Shown here: positions 38,333 to 49,460 of the stretch, in pieces
Layout: each line of letters opens with the position of its first letter
Numbering within the stretch: the first letter of the stretch is position 1
From: Octopus bimaculoides
Taxonomy: Eukaryota
Direction: 5' to 3'
Length of the DNA: 49,460 bases
Assembly (NCBI RefSeq): GCF_001194135.2
Contig: NC_068982.1
Span: forward strand, 130,574,506-130,623,965
The notes under the pieces: generated by a model
What the model was told of the DNA's origin: nothing
What the model saw: the letters and a program-made list of their open reading frames with translations, nothing else
The model's database searches: none
Translations under genes and position numbers: made by a program

Positions 38333-38974
38333 ACATATAGATAGATAGATATATGCATATTTATGTGTGTGTGTGTGCGTGTGAGTATTATAGAGATCAA
38401 ACAGTTTCATAAACACAAACACGTAAATATACAAATACATGTGTGAGTGTTTATGTGTATGCATGAGAGTATAGGCGTGTGTGTGTGTGCACGTGTGTGT
38501 ACGTATACATATATATGAGCGCATCAACATTGATAAGGTGGAGAGGTGAGAAAGACAAAGGTGGATAGAGTGACAGAAGGATAGCAGGATAGTTCAGATG
38601 ACATACTAAATGTCCATTAACCAGGGTTCATGTGTTTATCTTAACTTACAGCTGATCCACAACACGACGGGGTCTAGTTTTGTGTCGAACAATAAACAGT
38701 ATTACTATAGAAATAAACTCTTCCTCTTTAATGAAATCAACTTCGAAATATTAACGTCGACTGAAAACAAGAATCAAACTGAAAAGAAATATACGGCTGA
38801 AAAGAAATATTCGAGAATCGTCTTGGCGGTGACGATACATTTTTGAAATACATCTGATTTTCTTATAGTAATCAAACGAAAGGTTAACGAAAAGTTCGAG
38901 GTGCTATTGAAACGTGAAAGCAAATGAAGCTGCAAAGCATGAGATTTAGGAATGATTCACTTGAAACTAGTTAC

Positions 38975-39405
38975 ATGAAACTCCTGGCCTGTCCTAAGTC
39001 CAGACTTAAACCCCATAGAGCACCTGCGTGACGAAATCCAATGAAGGCTAAATGACATCCGTCCAAGGCCGACAACTGAGGCACAACTCACTGCAAGTTT
39101 TAACAGAATGTGGGCTGCTATCTTCATGGTCTTCATCAAGCGTTTGATGCATTCAATGTACGGAAGATGCCTGGTGGTAATCAACGGTAACAATGGTCAC
39201 ACGAGATATTGAGTTCATCTCTTTGGATCCAGGACACTCCGTCATCACGTGACACCATGTGACGTCAAACATGTTTCAAGAAATGACGTTTCATCATCAG
39301 GAAAGAACAGTTTCTTAACTAACACTCTTCAATCAATGCTATGGCAGTCTATTAATAAACCGATTTATATTTAGCATGTGTGTGACGTTTCTTTTGTGGT
39401 TCAGT
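38975..39405 (+). mobile_element. Tc1-type transposon 3' remnant (transposase C-terminus and probable right end)
   Basis: WP.LSPDLNPIEHL.DEI..RL..LMHSMYGRC..VI...NGHTRY* ending at 39212. A possible terminus TTTTGTGGTTCAGT lies near 39400. Confidence 0.8.
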
Positions 39406-40460
39406 TTAGTTCTGCATAAATATATTTTCTTCCTGAACCAAACTGCAGGTCGTCATCGTTGTCATCATCATCATCGTCGTCGTCGTCAGCAACAACACCA
39501 TGAAACATAATATATAAGATCAGTCACACTGTTGTAAATAGCTACCAAATTTCCATCAAATCCTATTTTGCTACCATAAACAATCTAGTCAGAGAAATTG
39601 AATAGAAAAACATAATTAGATAATGAAAACCGCAACGTGTAGCGCACGTGTAGGGCTCTCGTTTTTAAACAACATTATCATAATTATCATTATTTCCATA
39701 ATCCAAGAATGTGAGATCATATCGTACACCTTACGATAATCGATCCATGACATGACTAAGTTAGTTTTCCTCCTCTTTCAGTCTTTAACTACAGTTTTGT
39801 CAACCAGGAGTTGATCTTTGGTACCTCTGCACTTACGCTTGCAACCCTTCTTCTCATGTGGCAGGACTCCATTTTTTTCCAGATGTTCGTACATTGACTC
39901 TGCGACTATTCCAGTCAATAATTTCCACTAAAGTGGCAAGCAGGATATCGGCCCGTAATTGTTTACCGTATTCCCTTTTCGGTGTNNNNNNNNNNNNNNN
40001 NNNNNNNNNNNNNNNNNNNNNNNNNNNNNNNNNNNNNNNNNNNNNNNNNNNNNNNNNNNNNNNNNNNNNNNNNNNNNNNNNNNNNNNNNNNNNNNNNNNN
40101 NNNNNNNNNNNNNNNNNNNNNNNNNNNNNNNNNNNNNNNNNNNNNNNNNNNNNNNNNNNNNNNNNNNNNNNNNNNNNNNNNNNNNNNNNNNNNNNNNNNN
40201 NNNNNNNNNNNNNNNNNNNNNNNNNNNNNNNNNNNNNNNNNNNNNNNNNNNNNNNNNNNNNNNNNNNNNNNNNNNNNNNNNNNNNNNNNNNNNNNNNNNN
40301 NNNNNNNNNNNNNNNNNNNNNNNNNNNNNNNNNNNNNNNNNNNNNNNNNNNNNNNNNNNNNNNNNNNNNNNNNNNNNNNNNNNNNNNNNNNNNNNNNNNN
40401 NNNNNNNNNNNNNNNNATATTTGTAAGTCCTGGTGTTTTTGTTATGTATTTGTCTGAATA

Positions 40461-40463
<3 letters not shown>

Positions 40464-40545
<82 letters not shown>
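40464..40545. repeat. (ATT)n array at the 3' flank of the R4/Dong element
   Basis: Seen directly. Confidence 0.95.
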
Positions 40546-40546
<1 letters not shown>

Positions 40547-41045
40547 CTTCGTAACGCAGTGTAGGTAAAAATGCAGCGGAGTCTTTAGTCAAGTCACAAC
40601 AAGGACCTCAGACAGATAATACTTTCCCTAAGATGTGCGCTGTGCCCAATAAGGCTGCTTTTTGCAAGACATCAGTCTTGCATGGGATTTCTAGTTGCCT
40701 TAAGAAACCCTGAAGTTTCAATGGAATTGAGCCCAACGCTCCGATCACCATTGGTATCACTTTTACATTACCCTCTCGTATTCTTTACATTCTTGCTATT
40801 TCCACTTTCAGTTCGGAGTACTTGGTAATTTTTCAACCTCTTTACTCACAACGTTCTTGTCGTTTGGTATGGCTACATCAATGATCTGACAGTATTTGTC
40901 TCTCTTACTCAATATGACAATATCACCAGAGTCTGCATTTCTGGATGTCAGAAGCATTATAGATGTTACGCTTCACTCAATTGGTAGCGAGAGCCTGATC
41001 TTGTGCAGCAATGATCAGGCTTTCGGTTGTACGCTTCAAATCACC
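40547..41045 (-). mobile_element. R4/Dong-clade LINE 3' fragment with REL endonuclease domain, internally deleted
   Basis: GDLKRTTESLIIAAQDQALATN..KCRL, KITKYSELKVEIARM, VIPMVIGALGSIP..LQKAALLGTAHILRKVL. Confidence 0.85.
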
Positions 41046-41070
41046 TCGCACATTATTATTATTATTATTA

Positions 41071-41291
41071 AGGCGGCGAGCTGGCAGAATCGTTAGCACG
41101 CCGGGCGAAATACTTAGCGGTATTTCGTCTGCCGTTACGTTCTGAGTTCAAATTCCGCCGAGGTCGACTTTGCCTTTCATCATTTCGGGGTCGATTAAAT
41201 AAGTACCAGTTACGCACTAGGATCGATGTTATCGACTTAATCCTTGTTTGTACCCTCTATGTTTAGCCCCTTGTGGGCAATAAAGAAATAA
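41071..41291 (+). mobile_element. SINE family B, full length, relatively young
   Basis: Nearly identical to 1815-2036, including the tail CCTCTATGTTTAGCCCCTTGTG..TAAAGAAATAA. Confidence 0.93.
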
Positions 41292-41857
41292 CGATAATAA
41301 TTATTATTATTACTCAGTGGTTTATTTATTATGCGCTAATAATCAGTAAACTAGGTGTTTCAGATTTAAATGGACACTGAAGAACTAAAAAAACAACCGA
41401 ATGCCATGATGGTCTCTATTTTTAAATATATGAACACCAGATGGCGCTTATGGTGTATAATAGAATATAACATTTTTATGGAACGTGTTCTGAGAAGACT
41501 ACACAAAAAATTAACTGCCATATGTGTAACCAGCTTGTTCTACACATCATGTTACATTCTTTCTACTAGAAGACAATAACATGCAAAATAATGGCATTTA
41601 ACAATTTTTATGACGGTTTTTGGTTACACCCAAAGACTAAAAGAACGTGGCATTGGATGTTATAAATTCGCTGTTTACTACAATTCAGCTTCATGGAGGT
41701 GATTTTCTTTTCTTTCAACTTAAGTTATGATATAACATTTTATTTCCATTTAATCATCCAGTCAGGTGAATACGTAACTGTTGCATTTAAAGAGGAACTT
41801 AGTGTAGTATCTAGAGTCTAGGCATGTACTTGTCCATTTTTTCTCACTGTATATATA

Positions 41858-41911
<54 letters not shown>

Positions 41912-42372
41912 NNNNNNNNNNNNNNNNNNNNNNNNNNNNNNNNNNNNNNNNNNNNNNNNNNNNNNNNNNNNNNNNNNNNNNNNNNNNNNNNNNNNNNNNN
42001 NNNNNNNNNNNNNNNNNNNNNNNNNNNNNNNNNNNNNNNNNNNNNNNNNNNNNNNNNNNNNNNNNNNNNNNNNNNNNNNNNNNNNNNNNNNNNNNNNNNN
42101 NNNNNNNNNNNNNNNNNNNNNNNNNNNNNNNNNNNNNNNNNNNNNNNNNNNNNNNNNNNNNNNNNNNNNNNNNNNNNNNNNNNNNNNNNNNNNNNNNNNN
42201 NNNNNNNNNNNNNNNNNNNNNNNNNNNNNNNNNNNNNNNNNNNNNNNNNNNNNNNNNNNNNNNNNNNNNNNNNNNNNNNNNNNNNNNNNNNNNNNNNNNN
42301 NNNNNNNNNNNNNNNNNNNNNNNNNNNNNNNNNNNNNNNNNNNNNNNNNNNNNNNNNNNNNNNNNNNNNNNN

Positions 42373-42406
<34 letters not shown>

Positions 42407-42952
42407 CATACATACATACATACATACATACATACGCACACATATACATATACATATCATATATATATATATATGTGTGTGTATATACACAGGTTGATAA
42501 TATATATATAATGATAATATAGGAAATAGTGATTGAAAAATTACTATTGCAATTAGCCTGTCGGCTGAGTGAAAGTCCGTCATGTGCAACAGAAATAGTA
42601 TTAGATGAAAATAGCCACCTACTTATCCTAATTAATGCAAATATATTACGAAAAACCAAATCCATTCAACCAGGTGACTGCAATACCAGTGATTTGTCAA
42701 TCACTGTTTTCCTATATATTCGATTGCCAGTACGTACGTGATACTGGCAAAGCCTAAAAAATGGTGTAAATGCGAATCTAGGATCCTCAGCATTACTGCT
42801 GGACAATTTTCATATTGATATAATTAGTGTTGTTTAATATAGTGCGTCCACAAACGTTACTATCTCCGAACGACCACTGCAGTTAATTTGGCTCTTCGTT
42901 ATACATACACAGATGGTACTTTTAATTTAGCTCTACTTTTGTTGCACAGTTC

Positions 42953-43219
42953 TTGTGAATGAATTTGGTCGAGGGAAACTGAAAGAAGTCCGATATATAT
43001 ATGTGTGTGTGTTTGTGTCTGTGTTTGTCTCTATCACGCCTTGACAACCGGTGTTGGTATGTTTACGTTCCCGTAACTTAATGTTTCAGCAAAGTGACCG
43101 ATAGAATAAATACCAGGGTTAAAAACGTCCTGTAGTCGATTCCTTCGAGTAAAAGCTTTCAAGGCGGTGCTCCAGCATACCTGCAGCCAAATGACTGAGA
43201 CAAGTAAAAGATAAAAGAA
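42953..43219 (+). mobile_element. SINE family A, 5'-truncated, with internal TA/GT microsatellite and 3' domain
   Basis: GAAACTGAAAGAAG, then (TA)(TG), then CTTGACAACCGGTGTTGG..GGCGGTGCTCCAGCA..GACTGAGACAAGTAAAAGATAAAAG. Confidence 0.8.
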
Positions 43220-43735
43220 ATATATTATATAGATATAATCACTAAACTAGATTTTGTTCCAGTGTGGCACTAACTAATCTATCTCTAACCACCCATATGA
43301 CAGTTAAATATTTAAATGTGCTGTAAGATACCAGTGTGTGCATCTCCTCAAAAATCAATTTGCGATAATTTACAAATAAGGAAATATTTCTGAGCAGTTA
43401 ATTCTAACCGCAGCAGAAGATCGTGACGCTACATCAGTTTCGTCTGTCATATTACATTTTGCTCCCCAATACCACTTGATAAGCAAAAACTGCACTGACA
43501 TGGTCACCGAGAGAAGAAAAAAAGAAAAAGAACGACCAACTCAAGATTAGCTGGTGCCGTGCCGGATATCTCAAGAAGACCTTAAATACAAAAGGATCAC
43601 TTAGGCAGGATCCGAAAGAACTGTGGTAGACTGACCACTATGAAGGAAGAGTAGTGACGTAAACGTCCCTTAACGAGGACGGACCTTAATCTAACCCCAA
43701 GCACACATGTTAATGTGTACTTTTACTCTCTCTCT

Positions 43736-44423
43736 CTAGATAACAGGAATTCGCTCCAGCTCGCAATATATTGAAAACCAAGCGACAATCAGTCACTGAT
43801 CTAGCGACCTGGTGTTCACCATTGACTATGAGCACAAAAAGCCCGAAACCGTTCGGTCTGGTGTTCCCGTTGTCTGTTAGAAGAAGGGGTTCGCTCCCCT
43901 GCTTGCAATATATTCTGTATGCAGATTGTAGATTACCATCTGAAGGAGACTCTTCTTGTGATTAAAAACGGTAGTAACGTCGAACAGCCATATTGATGTG
44001 GCAATAAACATTACTTCTCAGTATAGTTAGTTTTCATCACCTATACAGATTTTTTAACTAGATACTTTGCTTGTTGCAAGGTTAGTGACTGATTGTCGCT
44101 TGGTTTTCTGTATATTGCGAGCTGGAGTGAATTCCTGCTATCTTTTGCGGCCGGGTGTTCACCACTGACGATGGGCACAAATAGCCCAAAGCCGTTCGGT
44201 CTGATGATCCCTTCGTCAGCTAGGAGATGGTAGGGGTTCACTCTTCTGCTTGCAATATATACCGGGTGCAGATTTCATCGATAACCAGCTGGAGAAGGCT
44301 CTTCCTGGGTTAAAAATGGTAGTAACGTCGAACAGCCATATTGATATGGCGATAAACACTACTTCCCATTATAGTTACTAACTTCATCTCTTATAGAGAT
44401 TTTCTAACTAGTTACTATGCTTG
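43736..44423. repeat. A-B-A(inverted)-B' duplication, period about 343 bp
   Basis: A at 43736-43804 is about 90% identical to the reverse complement of 44079-44143. B at 43804-44073 is about 80% identical to B' at 44147-44423 (estimated by eye). Confidence 0.92.
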
Positions 44424-45699
44424 TATTTTTTTCATGTTTAATATGTCTGCTTGCACTATCGAAATCGTCTTGCTCAAAAAAAGTTTTTTTTAAATGGTAG
44501 ACTGTGGTTTGAGGGAAATATTTCTGTTGTTTCTAGCAAGCCAAATAGTAGACAGAAGGTGATTGACACACAACACGAGGGCTTAATTGGAAGTCATCGC
44601 CAAACATTTGTCGCGCAAAATTTCACAGATTTTGTCTGTTGTTTACAAACGAAACAACCACACTAAAAGCGAGAAAATCAGTAGCTTTCCAATACTGAAA
44701 CGATATCAGATGAACAGCATAGTTACTCTATGATTTATGATATTAATAGATAATTTATGCAAGTCATTCAAGTCGATAGCAATTACTTGCTGCGATTATG
44801 TTTTGCATTCCATCATAGTGAGCACGATAAGACATTTTTAAGTGTTAAAATCTGAAACCACTTAACAAATTTATGGTCGCTATCATGTCTATAACACGTG
44901 TTTTCACACGAAAATCAATTGTAAACTAACAAACAAGTACCTAAGTGCACAAACGCATAATGAGATTTACTGCTTAAATATCGGTACATTTATGCATACG
45001 TCTTTCGGATGTGTATATACTGCATGCATCATGTCTATTGTGTGTGTATGTTTTTATGTATGTATGTAAGTATGTATGTATGTATGTATGCATACATGCA
45101 TGCATGCATGCATGTATGTATGTATGTATGTGTGTATGTATGTATCTATATCAATGTATATATGTGTATCATTCAGTCATCTATCTATCTGTATGTGTAT
45201 GTGTGTATGCGTATGAGTATTTATATATACAGACAGGCAAATATATACGTATATACGTATGTGTATGTAACTGCGTGAGCGCACGTATAAAAGTCTTGAG
45301 ATTCGTTGGATCGAATTTATCGCAGTATTTTCTGCTGCTCTGTGCACATTCAGTTCACTTCCTACCACTTTATGTTTCATTTTTTTCGGAGACGAAATAT
45401 CAATTCAGGGCAGTAGATTGGTGGAAAGTCGGATCCGCTGTTTTACGATATCAATTTCGGTTATGTGCATTCCAGGCTCAAATCCTGGCTCCTGATACCG
45501 GGAGAAAAGAATCCACGGAATCCAGCAAAAAATGGAATACGCAGCTTGTCACTCACAATAACCTCACAGAAGTTGTCAAGCGAAAATGCAAACTATTTTC
45601 AAGTCTTGTGGACTCTCATAGCTCCATGTATACATACATGCATGCATACATATATAAATCCATCCATACACACATATATACATATATACATGCATATAA

Positions 45700-45732
<33 letters not shown>

Positions 45733-48700
45733 CCTATGAATAATTATGTGTGTGTGCTTGATTTGAGTTTCTTGCTCAACGATGTTGATTTATTTGCATA
45801 CCCGCAATTTAGTGATTCAGATTATCCTTCGCTGGCAGTTCTTTCTCATAGTACGTATTTGCTTCTATGTGGATGAGTATGTTGAAAGTTGTCGGTTATA
45901 GCTTATATAAGGACTCTATTTCTACGACAGATTCTAGACTGATGTCATTAACTGTTTGGTCTATCGCGTGTAGCCGAAATAAATGTGTGCATACCTAAAA
46001 ACGCATAAACAAGCACGCACGCACACACGCGCACGCAAACACACACACGCACACACGCACACACACACCTGTAAAGTGCCATATCATATACCGTAAGGAA
46101 AGCCTAATAATGAGACCTACTGTGGCTCTTAGAGAATGCCCAATGAGTTTGAGAAGAAAATGTATGCTTTTCTTGTGTAGGTAAGAGAAGATACTCCTTT
46201 TCATTTGTCTCCAATGGAGAGAAATGGATGAAAGTCCTTTATACTTTGATGTCTTAAGCAATAAAACTATAGATAAAAAATACTAAAAGGAAACGGGAAA
46301 ATGTTTTGTATCATGGTACTAACATTATGTATAGATGGAATACCCAAATGTTAACTTTTAAGAGAAAAACAATGCCCGAAAAAATTTACTCAGCGGTATC
46401 TACGTTCATGTACATAACAAATGATAGATGAATGAAGAACGCCCTAACAGTATTGTTATGCTATTCATTTCGGTCTGTATATCCTTGCAATGCGAGACTG
46501 AAGTTTGCGTAAAACCGCAATAACTGACAGTCTTTCTCCACAACAATGCTTGGTACATGGGAACTTGAGGAATACATTTTTGCTTAGTGAATAGCATACT
46601 CAATTTTGTTTGCATAAGCTTTCATAGCAGAAACTGGGTAGTTAACCACCAGGCAAAACAGCACGATATTTTTGTCAACTGTATAAAGCGTAAGAAACTG
46701 TCATCAAAGTTTGAGGGAAAATATTTTAATGGACGTGAAGTAACACCAGTGAAGTATTATACATCATTTTAGAAGGCAGTCATAAACTTGTGCATACTCG
46801 ATGTATTTTACAATACACTTAGTACAACCTTGACACTGCAACAATCTTGGCAAAGTATTGCAGCATTCCGCGACTAGCAAACATCTGTTTTAGTTGTTGT
46901 AGATTCTAGTTATATATTTTAACTTAGTGCGGTAAAAATAAATCGTACACTGATGAGTAATTATACTAACGCAAGTAATTTGTTTAAAACCATTTTCCTT
47001 CCTATTTCAGAATCATACCTACAAAATTAATATGTGGGTGTTTTGCTTTGTTTTCACAAGCTTTTATATTAAAGTAATGATGTACAGAGCAGCTGAAATA
47101 AAGCTATTTTCAAGAATTAAATCCTAGTTACATGACAATATTATACGTGTTTTCTTTGTAAAATATCAACTCTAAAGAAAACTTAAATGCAAAATCCTTA
47201 ATACTGATTATTAAAATGGAAAACAATACATACTTTAAAGAGTTCAAATTTCCCATTAAAGTTGAAATTCCTCATTAAGATTATAGTTAAAAATAACACA
47301 ATCTCTAAATTCTTATATTATAGGTATTCTAAAAGCAGAAGAGATTAACTTGCCAAATATATTGTATATGCGTGAATATCTGACAATTGTCTTGGCACGA
47401 AACTCTAGGCATTTAAGTCATTATTGTGGTAACCACAGCTAATAAAAGATTACATATACTCTGACTCAAGATTTGAGTTTTCACTCTCCAGTTTGTAAAA
47501 CCAAATATAGTTTTAACTCTGAGAGTTAAGAATGAAAACACATTCAAACCATACTTTTCGTACACGGAGAAATGTGGTCGTCTGACTGCATTTATTTACC
47601 GCTTCTCAGAGAAGACGTATCCGATTTTATCTCCTACATAAATTGCAAAATGTTCGACTGCGGTATATATAGCAGACAGATATTAACCTGGTACCGTACT
47701 AGATAGCTGAATTAACATATTTACATTTACATTTATTTCAACTCTTCTGATCAACGCGGTGTTTTCAATAAAGTATATATAGTTAATAAGTGACGAGCCA
47801 TCAAAGGCACTCATACATACGCACACGAAAACACACACGCGCGCACGTACATTCATACATACAAGTTTACGCATAAATATACAATGTACTGTTTCGTTAT
47901 TGGTGAAATCAACAAAAAATATTTCATTCAGTAAGAGATAAATATAATTTAACATACACTGGATTTCAATGCGAGCTTAGTTTCATGCCTCTGATATACA
48001 CATCATGCAAACTTGCTCGACCATAGCATTATCATAAAAAGACTCATAAAAGTAACAGTACCTCGCATTTAAATCCTGTGTATATTAAATGATACATACA
48101 TACATACATACATGCATACATGCATACATACATACATACATACAATCGTCTCCGATGTCATAAGCATTTGAAAGGGATAATTGCAAGGAGATAGCCCTTC
48201 TGTAATTTTGTTCATTGTGTCATTTAAACCATTATCATTTCTGATAGAAAAAATCAAATGACTACATACTCGGGTCTACAGCTGCTAGAGATATTAATGT
48301 CACCTATGATTTCTTTGTGGATAACCTGGAGATTTATGCTAAAAATGTTAACAATGACAAAAGTAAAAAAAAACAAAACAAATAGCTGGAGTATAATAAC
48401 ATTTTCAGTCGATATAGGAATAGGATTGGTCAATAGAAATGTTCGTACTTGATTGTTGAATCTCCGATGTCAAAGTGTTTTCTAAAGGCATCATAAAACA
48501 TAGAGAAAGTACTGGAAAAAATAATATTGAAGAAATTACTGTTGATTCTGACAAATGTGACTGTATAACAATTCTTTTCTGTCAATATATATATATTTGT
48601 ACTTTTTAGTATTAATAACCTTATATAAATACACAACTACAGGGATGGGAAATTGTATTTTTCTTTTATCCCTGTTCATCGTATAAACAACGCTAACACG

Positions 48701-49045
48701 AACATTGGCATTTATACAGGAAAGGAATTAACTATTGGAAATATACAAGTATAGAAGGGATGGAAAAGAGAAAGAAAGTGAAAACGGGAGGGAGGAAGAA
48801 GGGAGTAAGACATTAAGAAATATTATCTCGCAGTTAAGATCTTTCAAAAACGTCCGGAGCTAATTGAAAGTAACTGCTTAGCTAAAATCTAAAAGACCAC
48901 ATTTTGATAAAAAAAATATATAAGAATTTTAATTTTTAAGATATTTCTAAACTATGGAGACTTTAATAATTGCATTCATTTAGTAAAAGTTACAGAATTC
49001 CAACTAACAAATAAGCATGCACGGGCGCACGCATACACATATACT

Positions 49046-49076
<31 letters not shown>

Positions 49077-49390
49077 CTATCTCTATGGACGGACGGTAGA
49101 CGTGTCGGCTCCGTAAGTTTTGCCTTTTTCATGTTTTAAAAAGTTTGTTTGTAAAGTTTATTTTATATACAAAGTTTTATAACAACTTGTAGACTCTCTG
49201 GTGCAAGTTTTTTGCGACGGAAATCTGCCCTGTGTGGCACATTTCCAGGATATAAAAACCAATTTCGGCTTTCTAGCCATTTTTTTTTGAGACGATGGCG
49301 TCTTGTAGCCATGAAAATTTTTGTGAAACGAACGCTGCAGTCTGCAGTGTTTCGTTCGAAAAAGAATTTCCTAGTCTTCCTTCCTCACAG

Positions 49391-49460
49391 TTAAAGGAGA
49401 GAATGGAGAAAAAGAAAGACTCTGCTGCTACAGCAGTCTTGCCTGCCGACGTAACCAGTG
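49391..49460 (+). other. Candidate exon or ORF start running off the window (ATG at 49403: MEKKKDSAATAVLPADVTS)
   Basis: Strong acceptor tcttccttcctcacag| and Kozak-like AGAATGG. Could instead be the start of a LINE ORF1. Confidence 0.2.

Noticed and set aside
44190-44240. CTGATGA (plus) and CTGACGA (minus) hammerhead-like cores in B'
   Set aside because: Neither is followed by a closing stem II plus GAAA.
47513-47529. Perfect 8-bp palindrome with a 1-nt spacer (similar one near 28338-28354)
   Set aside because: A few such palindromes are expected by chance in 49 kb of AT-rich DNA.

Overview
Repeat-dense, AT-rich animal genomic DNA from a draft assembly with nine N-gaps. It is most likely an octopod cephalopod, inferred from the SINE families and extreme microsatellite density, not proven. 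I recognise no host protein-coding gene, and most ORF-track entries are microsatellite or gap artefacts. Supported content: (1) a full-length but inactivated cecropia-type (Hsmar1-like) mariner with TIRs and TA TSDs at 23016-24296; (2) a Tc1-type transposase 3' remnant; (3) LINE remnants of several clades (RTE x2, CR1, L1/Tx1 with a zinc-knuckle ORF1, R4/Dong with a REL endonuclease, and one heavily decayed RT); (4) many copies of two tRNA-derived SINE families, some with clear TSDs; (5) a probable Penelope-like terminus. The most unusual structures are a 420-bp foldback palindrome (12062-12481), an A-B-A(inverted)-B' duplication with a micro-inversion (43736-44423), a degenerate minimal hammerhead-ribozyme-like motif (10485-10511), and an old inverted duplication that preserves both empty and SINE-filled versions of one site (288-2159). 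A few isolated splice-site-bounded segments may be exons of a long-intron host gene, at low confidence. All alignments and counts were done by eye.
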